A stretch of DNA of 64,000 nt from Candidatus Curtissbacteria bacterium (lineage in GTDB: Bacteria; Patescibacteriota; Microgenomatia; Curtissbacterales; GWA2-41-24), in contig JANLHP010000026.1 of assembly GCA_024654445.1 (NCBI GenBank), positions 16,733 to 80,732 of the forward strand, written 5' to 3'. The translations under genes were made by a program, and so were the position numbers. This document shows positions 57,361 to 64,000 of the stretch, piece by piece. Under the pieces are notes generated by a model, which searched no databases, was not told where the DNA came from, and worked only from the letters and a program-made list of their open reading frames with translations. The number at the start of each line of letters is the position of its first letter. The stretch's first letter is position 1.

Positions 57361-57936
57361 CTAAGCGAATGTTCTGGCGGATAAAACTATAAGCAAAATC
57401 CCGATTGCGTGTAAAATGATTGACGCAAAGAAAAACCTAAAATGTTTAAATTTAACTCCGGCAAGCATCATTAACCCAAGTTCGTCGGGCAGGGGAGAGA
57501 TTAGTACAATCGCAGCAAGATATGGCACCAAACCAATAAACAGTTTAGAATGCAAAATCCTATGCGCAACCCTTTTTGCAGATTTTGGTTCAATCAGCTC
57601 CAAGTCATCAAGAACCTCTCCTTTTAGGAATCTGTAAATGACCCAATTACCCGCGGATGATCCTATGCCACCGAGCATTGCTACCATTAAAGGATTAGCG
57701 CCCTGTTGTGAAATGAGAATAAAAATAGATGTAGAAATGGCGACCGTAAATGTGAATGAAAAAAGAACCCCAGCAAAGATTACTACAAAGATAAGGAGGA
57801 CAGGGGATGGATAAGCCGTTAAAAATTGAGAAAAAGAGGAATTATGGATGTAGATTGCGATAATTATAGACAAACATAAAATAAAAAAATCCCGAATTAG
57901 TCTTCTCTTTTTAAATTTTAATTCTGTCTGCTGCAC
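57361..57936 (-). CDS. Membrane protein (DedA/VTT-like)
   Basis: Hydrophobic; GGIGSSAGN..IYRF and SPLPDELG motifs; GTG start. Confidence 0.55.
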   Translation of the reverse strand: MQQTELKFKKRRLIRDFFILCLSIIIAIYIHNSSFSQFLTAYPSPVLLIFVVIFAGVLFSFTFTVAISTSIFILISQQGANPLMVAMLGGIGSSAGNWVIYRFLKGEVLDDLELIEPKSAKRVAHRILHSKLFIGLVPYLAAIVLISPLPDELGLMMLAGVKFKHFRFFFASIILHAIGILLIVLSARTFA

Positions 57937-57942
57937 AATTTA

Positions 57943-57986
57943 AATATAACAGAACAGAGAAGATATTTAATTGCCCGTGGTAAAAT
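57943..57986. promoter_or_regulatory. Divergent extended -10 promoters, both leaderless-type
   Basis: Minus: TGT-TATATT, 6 nt before GTG 57936. Plus: TGG-TAAAAT (57978-57986), 5 nt before ATG 57992. Confidence 0.55.
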
Positions 57987-57991
57987 TAACT

Positions 57992-59065
57992 ATGAGTCAT
58001 AGGAACAACATTATCAAACTGCCTGGCCTGGCTGATCCTCACGTTCACTTCCGAGAACCCGGCGCAACACACAAAGAAGATTTCTCAACAGGAACGAAAG
58101 CAGCTATAGCAGGTGGTTACACTCAAGTTTTAGACATGCCGAACAACCAACCTCCAACTATAACTCCAACTACTCTCGAAAATAAAATTAAACTTGCAAA
58201 GGGAAAAATATGGTGCGACGTTGGTTTTAATTTTGGGGGAACAGCGTCGTCAGCCAAATATTTCAAAAAGGTTTACAAAAAGGTTTTTGGCGTCAAAGTT
58301 TACATGAACCACACAACAGGCCCACTTTTGATAGACAAACTTAAAGAAAGAGAAATTATCTTTAAATCTTGGACCAGCCCTCTTCCTGTAATGGTTCATG
58401 CGGAAGGAGAGACCGTGGAAGTAGCGATAAAACTTGCAAAAAAATATCAAAAAAATTTACACGTATGTCATGTTACGGCAGATCAATTACCGGCAATTGA
58501 AAAAGCCAAAAAAGAAGGCGTGGTAATTACTTCGGAAGTTACTCCTCACCATTTGTTCTTAAGCAAAAAAGACATGGCAAGACTTGGCCCATACGGCATG
58601 ATGAAACCCCCACTTCTTTCAAAAAGTGATCAGCAAAAATTATGGAAGAATATAGACAAAATAGACGTCATAGCGACAGATCACGCACCTCACACAAAAG
58701 AAGAAAAAGAAGACAAATCAAGCGCCAAATATGGAGTCCCAGGTCTTGAAACAACCTTGCCTTTGATGTTTGACGCAATTGCGCGAGGAATGACAACGAC
58801 AGAAAGATTAATCGAAATGATATCGACTAACCCAAGGAGAATATTTCATTTGCCACAACAACTTGACACTTTTGTACTTTTAGATTTTTCAAAAACGTTT
58901 AAAATTTCAAAAGACAAATTATTTACGAAATGTGCATGGACCCCATTTGAAGGGATGAGTGGAAGGGGAGAGGTAAAAAAAGTAGTCATGCGCGGGAAAA
59001 CTGTCTTTCAAGATGGGGGTTTTGTAGGAAGGCCAAGTGGAAAGGTTATATACCCCGAGCTTTAA
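57992..59065 (+). CDS. pyrC: Dihydroorotase
   Basis: LPGLADPHVHFREPG..HKED, DMPNN, VHAE, HVCHV, EVTPHHL, MKPPL, ATDHAPH, PGLET. Start reassigned to ATG 57992. Confidence 0.9.
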   Translation: MSHRNNIIKLPGLADPHVHFREPGATHKEDFSTGTKAAIAGGYTQVLDMPNNQPPTITPTTLENKIKLAKGKIWCDVGFNFGGTASSAKYFKKVYKKVFGVKVYMNHTTGPLLIDKLKEREIIFKSWTSPLPVMVHAEGETVEVAIKLAKKYQKNLHVCHVTADQLPAIEKAKKEGVVITSEVTPHHLFLSKKDMARLGPYGMMKPPLLSKSDQQKLWKNIDKIDVIATDHAPHTKEEKEDKSSAKYGVPGLETTLPLMFDAIARGMTTTERLIEMISTNPRRIFHLPQQLDTFVLLDFSKTFKISKDKLFTKCAWTPFEGMSGRGEVKKVVMRGKTVFQDGGFVGRPSGKVIYPEL

Positions 59066-59424
59066 TTTTTTACAATACAAGCGTCGAACTTTTGTTTTTC
59101 TTCCGCAGTTAATACCTTCACGTCATTGTTCTCAAGTAACTTTTGAATCGATTCAGGACTTAGAGCGCCTTGTACGCATTCAATATTAACTTTTCCGATT
59201 CCAGGAAGTTCTGTTTCTGTTGGAGCTTGGACCTCCTGTCCAGACGCGGGAGATTGACTACCAAGTCCCGAAAAGGCACCACTTCTCAAACCTTGAAATA
59301 TAATAAACAACACAAAAACGCCAATTACAATCCAAATAATAAAGAAAATCGCGGCAAGCGATACCAACATCCTTCGCGAGAGATGCTGCACATTCTCTAT
59401 AAGACTGTCTTTCTTGCTAGCCAT
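59062..59424 (-). CDS. Hypothetical single-TM protein
   Basis: One long hydrophobic helix, then a small domain with two Cys; has its own promoter-like sequence. Confidence 0.65.
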   Translation of the reverse strand: MASKKDSLIENVQHLSRRMLVSLAAIFFIIWIVIGVFVLFIIFQGLRSGAFSGLGSQSPASGQEVQAPTETELPGIGKVNIECVQGALSPESIQKLLENNDVKVLTAEEKQKFDACIVKN

Positions 59425-59430
59425 GAGATT

Positions 59431-59469
59431 AGCTTAACTTGAAACTTATAAAAAGGCAAATGTTAAAAT
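59431..59469. promoter_or_regulatory. Overlapping divergent promoters, leaderless-type
   Basis: Minus: TTGCCT-17 nt-TAAGCT, 6 nt before ATG 59424. Plus: TGT-TAAAAT (59461-59469), 6 nt before ATG 59476. Confidence 0.55.
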
Positions 59470-59475
59470 TATGAT

Positions 59476-60090
59476 ATGGCAAAAGACGACAAGCTTGCCA
59501 AGTATCGATCGATGAGGAGTAAGGACAAAACTCCTGAACCTTTTACATCCAAAACGGCAAACCCTGCCGCTTTATCATTCGTTATCCAAAAACATAAAGC
59601 GACAGCACTCCACTATGATTTTAGGCTAGAAGTAAATGGCGCGATGCCATCATGGGCAGTGCCGAAAGGCCCCTCGCTCGACAGCTCTGTCAAAAGACTC
59701 GCAATGCAAACAGAAGATCACCCGATCGACTATCAACATTTCGAAGGGGAAATTCCAGAAGGGCAATACGGAGTAGGGCAAGTAATAATTTGGGACAAGG
59801 GAACGTATATACCCGAAATGGATGTTAACGGCAAAAGAGTGCAAATAGACGACAAAAAGACGGGTGAAAAAATCATGGAAGAGGGAATTAAAAAAGGCGA
59901 AATAAAATTCTTCTTAAACGGAAAAAGGCTGAAGGGATCCTTCGCCCTAGTTAAGACAAAAGGATTTCCTCCTACGAAAAAAGATAACGCATGGTTACTT
60001 ATAAAACATAAGGATAAATACACTAAAGCTGGCTACGACGCCAAAAAATTCACGACCTCAGTCGTTTCAAACAGATCACTAAAACCTTAA
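59476..60090 (+). CDS. Stand-alone LigD 3'-phosphoesterase (PE) domain protein
   Basis: KYRSMR..KTPEP, FVIQKHKATALHYDFRLE, SWAVPKGPS, RLAMQTEDHP, FEGEIPEGQYG.G.VIIWDKG, WLLIK. Confidence 0.92.
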   Translation: MAKDDKLAKYRSMRSKDKTPEPFTSKTANPAALSFVIQKHKATALHYDFRLEVNGAMPSWAVPKGPSLDSSVKRLAMQTEDHPIDYQHFEGEIPEGQYGVGQVIIWDKGTYIPEMDVNGKRVQIDDKKTGEKIMEEGIKKGEIKFFLNGKRLKGSFALVKTKGFPPTKKDNAWLLIKHKDKYTKAGYDAKKFTTSVVSNRSLKP

Positions 60091-60097
60091 AGGTCTA

Positions 60098-60145
60098 ATA
60101 AACTTCCGAGAGCTGAAAAGCCCTCGGCATTGCCTTTCAAGTTTT
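60098..60145 (-). mobile_element. Solo IS200/IS605-like end (family A)
   Basis: Reverse complement of 32580-32626 with few differences: ATAAACTTCCGAGAGCTGAAAAGCCCTCGGCATTGCCTTTCAAGTTT. Confidence 0.65.
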
Positions 60146-60176
60146 AGGCCCGCAGCTCGAAAGAGCGAGGCCCGCA
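60144..60176 (+). repeat. Family-B REP-like element between convergent genes (may double as a terminator)
   Basis: TTAGGCCCGCA-GCTC-GAAA-GAGC-GAGGCCCGCA. Confidence 0.65.
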
Positions 60177-60186
60177 GGAAATTACT

Positions 60187-61956
60187 CTAGTGCAATTCAA
60201 ATTTTTCGAGTAATTTCCTATTTCCCTCTATTTGGTAATTCAATAAATCAGAATAAACTCCTGGTTTTTTAGCAAGTTCCTGAGGATTGCCTGAATCAAC
60301 AACTTTACCCTCATCGACAACAATTACCTTATCAACATTTTGAATAGTCGAAAATCTGTGGGCAATAATGATGACGAGTTTTCCTGCCATCAAATTTTCA
60401 AGTGCTACCTGAACCTCTCTTTCGCTTTTAGCATCAAGGCTGCTTGTGGCCTCGTCTAAAATTAAAATAGGAGAATTCTTAAGTATGGCTCTGGCGATTT
60501 GTATTCTTTGTTTTTGTCCTCCTGAAAGACGAACGCCTCTTTCTCCAACGAGTGTACCCAGACCTTGAGGGAGTTTTCTTACAAATTCCCACGCGTTTGC
60601 CTTCTTGAGGGCGGTTATAATTTGCTTCTCGGTGTGTCTCCTATCTCCATATGCAACATTTTCTCTTACGCTTGTGGAAAACAACTCGCTTTCTTGGAAT
60701 ACGAGAGAAACATTACTTCTGATGAAGTTATGAGAAAATTTTTTGTAAGGTTTACCTTTCAAGTAAATCTCACCGCTACCTGGTTCATAAAATTTTAAAA
60801 TTAAATTAGCGATTGTCGTTTTGCCGGTTCCACTTGGGCCAACGAGCGCAACCGCCTCATCCTTTCCGATCACAAACGACACATTTTTTAGAACGTCACC
60901 CGCCTCATCATATGCGAAGGAAACATTTTTGAATTCGATAGAAGCATCACGAATAATAGAAACTGCATCTCTCGAGTCGAAGTCTTCCGAAGAAGGTAGA
61001 TTTAGAATCTCGAAATATTCCTTAGACCCGCTCTCTGCAGTCTGTATCTGAGTAAGCATGAACGACATTGCAAAAAGAGGCCTCCTTGCCTGGGTAACAA
61101 GCTGAAGAATTAAAACCATCGTACCGATCGACATCGAACCAGAAAATGCGCTGTAAAAAACTACAAGGTTAATTGCGAGTAATATTATGTGCAACGAAAA
61201 ATTACGAGCAAAATCAAAAATATGAAAAGTCCGACTTTGCTTTGCATAAATTTTGTTAATGTCTCCAAGACTTTTTTCTAAAAATTTATATTCGGCTTTT
61301 TGACTATTAAAGCTCGTAACTAATTTAATATTAGAAACTACTTCTTGGATTCTGCCTCGAGTTATATCTTCGATTTTATTTTTCTTTATCTCTTCCAAAC
61401 CCCACTTTTTGGCACTCCAGTAGCTAAGAGTAAGGTATATAGGAAAAAGTAAGAAAGTAAAAATCGCAATTGGAATATTATAGTAAGCAAGCACCGCTAT
61501 CGTGAATATGCTCTGCAAAAGCATAGGCAACATAAAGTTAGTCGCTGCATTCACAAAATTTTGAATAGACGTAATCGCTCTATTTAACTGATGAACTATT
61601 TTGCCCGATATTTCACTATCAAAATAACTCTGGGGCAAAGCAAGTATTTTGTAGTAAAATTTTTCCGTTAAATATTTTCTCAGTCTACCGGCAAAATGAT
61701 CTCCAAGCCTTTCGCTAACAGAAGTAAGCAAAACGCCCATTAAATTTGCACCAAAGGCAACGGCAATTAAAAGTATCAATCTTTGTGTACTTGCGCCGTG
61801 TCCCTGAATCTTTGAAACAATCTCATCGACTATAAACTTTGAAAGTACAGGGGCAACGAGTTCAATTGCGGCAGTCAAAAGAATTAGTACCGCAAGGGGA
61901 AAAATTAGATGATAAAGGGGCCGCGAAATCTTTATTATGTTTGCTATGTTCTTCAT
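60187..61956 (-). CDS. ABC exporter, fused permease/ATPase (MsbA/MdlB-like)
   Basis: Six TMs; Walker A GPSGTGKT, LSGGQKQR signature, ILDEATS, IAHR. Confidence 0.93.
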   Translation of the reverse strand: MKNIANIIKISRPLYHLIFPLAVLILLTAAIELVAPVLSKFIVDEIVSKIQGHGASTQRLILLIAVAFGANLMGVLLTSVSERLGDHFAGRLRKYLTEKFYYKILALPQSYFDSEISGKIVHQLNRAITSIQNFVNAATNFMLPMLLQSIFTIAVLAYYNIPIAIFTFLLFPIYLTLSYWSAKKWGLEEIKKNKIEDITRGRIQEVVSNIKLVTSFNSQKAEYKFLEKSLGDINKIYAKQSRTFHIFDFARNFSLHIILLAINLVVFYSAFSGSMSIGTMVLILQLVTQARRPLFAMSFMLTQIQTAESGSKEYFEILNLPSSEDFDSRDAVSIIRDASIEFKNVSFAYDEAGDVLKNVSFVIGKDEAVALVGPSGTGKTTIANLILKFYEPGSGEIYLKGKPYKKFSHNFIRSNVSLVFQESELFSTSVRENVAYGDRRHTEKQIITALKKANAWEFVRKLPQGLGTLVGERGVRLSGGQKQRIQIARAILKNSPILILDEATSSLDAKSEREVQVALENLMAGKLVIIIAHRFSTIQNVDKVIVVDEGKVVDSGNPQELAKKPGVYSDLLNYQIEGNRKLLEKFELH

Positions 61957-61959
61957 GAT

Positions 61960-63342
61960 TTAAATGAGCGCCTTTAGTATTCTCCAGGTACGCTCAAGTT
62001 CCGTTTCACTTCGAACAATATAACTTTTTGAACTTAACAATTTAGAATTATTGAAAACAGCAAACTCGAGAGGAATACTCCCAGTATTTGTAGCTTTTAA
62101 CCACATACTAACATTTGTGTCTTCACCCGGAAATATTTCTTCTTTTTCAAAACTTATATCCCACATCCCTGCATCTTTCGAATTGGTTTCAAGTTTAAGG
62201 TCGGACGTATGCCAAATGTAATGCCCCTTATTTTTAAATGTAATCTTTACTCTTTTGCCCACATCGCGAACGACAAACTCTGGAATGTTCGACTTTATCT
62301 CTGATGCAAGATCTTCGCGTGCAGGGCTGCCGGCAATTTTATCTAGATTGGCAATGGTCGTGTATTGATCGAAATATTTTTTCCCAAGAACTTGTCCTTG
62401 TACTTTGAAAGAAAAGTCATAAAAAAGAGACTCGGGATAATTAAAAATAAAAGGTGTAACAGCTACAACTCGTTCGTCATTCCAAATATCACGAAAAGAG
62501 GCTTCAAAATAATCAGAAACGGTTTCTTCGGTTAACACTTCAGAACGCTTCCAACCTGTCTCTGTAATAAATACAGGCAAGTTTTTGCCATTTAAATAAG
62601 GAGAAAGAACAGAAAGCTCCCATTTGTATCCGTCTATTCCTGTACGGCCCGACTTAAGTGGGCTTGCGCTAAATTCCGGATTTGGGTAAGAGTGTGAAGC
62701 AAGCCCATCAAATTCCTTGAAGATCCCACCTTTATGCTCCTCCATTTGTGCAAAGTAAATATCTGCACTCATCGCACCTTCGCTGTTTTCCATAAGAGCA
62801 AGATCCAAAGGAGCGCCCAAAACAAAAAAGTCATCACTCCGTCTTTTAAGCTCGGAAATTGTTTTGGACAATTCGTCCGTATAACTTTTCGGGTCTACCT
62901 GCCCTCCCCACTCGGAGCCATGATTAACCTCGTTATAAACTTGCACGTATCTGATCTTTGTGGGCCAGGGAAGAGCGGACAAAAACTCAGCCCACTGTGC
63001 CGCGTCATCCTTTTCCGGTCTTTGCCACGAGCCTTGGTCAAACTTCGTTGCAATACGAACGATGGGTATTAAATGGTATTTCGACAGCTGGTGAAAAACT
63101 CCCCGCCACCTATCTATATCTCTTTCATTTTTAGTGACAAGTAGCAGCACGTAACCCCAATCGCCATTGCTGTTTACCATCGAAGCAGCTTCTTCTATTT
63201 CCGACTCCGGCGAAAGCAAGCCTATCCCTACCTTATTATTATGTACATTTATTGGATCATAAACGGCATAGACGTCAAAAGGCAGTATAAAAACAACCAA
63301 AAGTATTAAAAATATATATTTTAGTTTTAAAAAAAAGCTCAT
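61960..63342 (-). CDS. Secreted clan GH-A-like glycoside hydrolase with C-terminal Ig-like domain
   Basis: Signal peptide; PIVRI, VYNEVN (acid/base), ASHSYP, VFITETGW (nucleophile); ITFKNKG..W..EIFPGE Ig-like region. Confidence 0.65.
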   Translation of the reverse strand: MSFFLKLKYIFLILLVVFILPFDVYAVYDPINVHNNKVGIGLLSPESEIEEAASMVNSNGDWGYVLLLVTKNERDIDRWRGVFHQLSKYHLIPIVRIATKFDQGSWQRPEKDDAAQWAEFLSALPWPTKIRYVQVYNEVNHGSEWGGQVDPKSYTDELSKTISELKRRSDDFFVLGAPLDLALMENSEGAMSADIYFAQMEEHKGGIFKEFDGLASHSYPNPEFSASPLKSGRTGIDGYKWELSVLSPYLNGKNLPVFITETGWKRSEVLTEETVSDYFEASFRDIWNDERVVAVTPFIFNYPESLFYDFSFKVQGQVLGKKYFDQYTTIANLDKIAGSPAREDLASEIKSNIPEFVVRDVGKRVKITFKNKGHYIWHTSDLKLETNSKDAGMWDISFEKEEIFPGEDTNVSMWLKATNTGSIPLEFAVFNNSKLLSSKSYIVRSETELERTWRILKALI

Positions 63343-63374
63343 AATATCTATCTTTGTGCTAGAATTTTTCTAGA

Positions 63375-64000
63375 GTGAAAATATTATACAACTCGACTTT
63401 CTTAGCGATCATTCTCCTAATCGCAATTTCTGCCCCCGCCTTAAAATCGCTCGCGCAAAACGGACTATATACTAGCCATGACGGAGAAACCCACACGGCT
63501 AGAATCGCACAGTACTACCTAGCACTGCAGGACTTCCAAATACCACCCCGAATCGCCCCAACATTATACAGTAGCCTCGGTAGCCCAATGTTTGTATACA
63601 TATACCCAGCGCCTTATTTTCTTGGTGCTGCAATTCATTCTCTCGGAATTTCCTATCAGCATTCATTTAAAATCTTGATGGCTTTTGGTTTTATTTTCTC
63701 AGGTGTTTTTTCTTATCTTTGGCTAAAAGAGATTTTCAAAAGCCAAAAAGCTGCGCTCGTTGGGGCAATCTTCTATATTTGGGCTCCTTACAGACTTTCT
63801 CTAATCTATGTAAGGGGTTCAATATCAGAACTGCTCGCATATACTTTCACGCCTCTCGTTTTTTATTCAGTTACAAAACTCTCGAAAAAACTGAACATAA
63901 AATGGACAGCGATAACTGCTCTTTCGACAGCTCTTTTGCTGCTGTCCCAAAATCTTGTTGCCATGATCATTCTTCCCGTTGTTGGAACATACATCCTCGC
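63375..64000 (+). CDS. GT-C-like membrane protein (PTPS-related family), 3'-truncated by the window edge
   Basis: Not in the ORF track. GTG start reads MKILYNSTFLAIILLIAISAPALKSLAQNGLYTSHDGETHTARIAQYY...PPR...GSPMFVYIYPAPY; paralog of 37833 and 44051; TGC-TAGAAT upstream. Confidence 0.8.
   Translation, partial: MKILYNSTFLAIILLIAISAPALKSLAQNGLYTSHDGETHTARIAQYYLALQDFQIPPRIAPTLYSSLGSPMFVYIYPAPYFLGAAIHSLGISYQHSFKILMAFGFIFSGVFSYLWLKEIFKSQKAALVGAIFYIWAPYRLSLIYVRGSISELLAYTFTPLVFYSVTKLSKKLNIKWTAITALSTALLLLSQNLVAMIILPVVGTYIL

Noticed and set aside
1691-63072. Numerous 60-140-aa antisense or alternate-frame ORFs within long genes
   Set aside because: Shadow ORFs of well-supported CDSs with no independent evidence.
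1-64000. Alternative genetic code (UGA=Gly, code 25) as in Gracilibacteria/Absconditabacteria
   Set aside because: Genes are full length under code 11 and many end in TGA with ATGA coupling.

Overview
AT-rich (about 38% GC by eye), gene-dense bacterial DNA read with the standard code 11. Gene content and style (sortase, many GT-C membrane glycosyltransferases, sparse Shine-Dalgarno sites, leaderless-type promoters) suggest a Patescibacteria/CPR (Microgenomates-like) genome; this is inference. The window is essentially one giant cell-surface glycan locus. Positions 1-47196 are all on the + strand: a sortase with its apparent substrate (VLGATG sorting signal), a 1548-aa GT2/GT2/Wzx/GT4 fusion, a GT4-FdtA fusion plus aminotransferase and acetyltransferase, five paralogous GT2s, a kinase-deacetylase fusion, rmlABCD, ugd, rmd/gmd, and a Wzx flippase. 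Across the window there are five polyprenol-phosphate-sugar synthase domains and about 12 GT-C-type proteins. pyrB, pyrC, a cyclophilin, a stand-alone LigD phosphoesterase, an ABC exporter and two secreted GH-A-clan hydrolases are interspersed. A second, unannotated layer consists of small palindromic DNA elements. These are TTTAT-bounded miniature IS200/IS605-like elements (two inside glycosyltransferase ORFs without breaking the frame, one of them nested in another repeat), two further REP-like families, and two period-7/period-9 inverted-repeat elements directly in front of the two NDP-sugar 4,6-dehydratase genes. No rRNA, tRNA, CRISPR array or transposase gene was recognised. All product calls are from motifs read by eye, not database searches.
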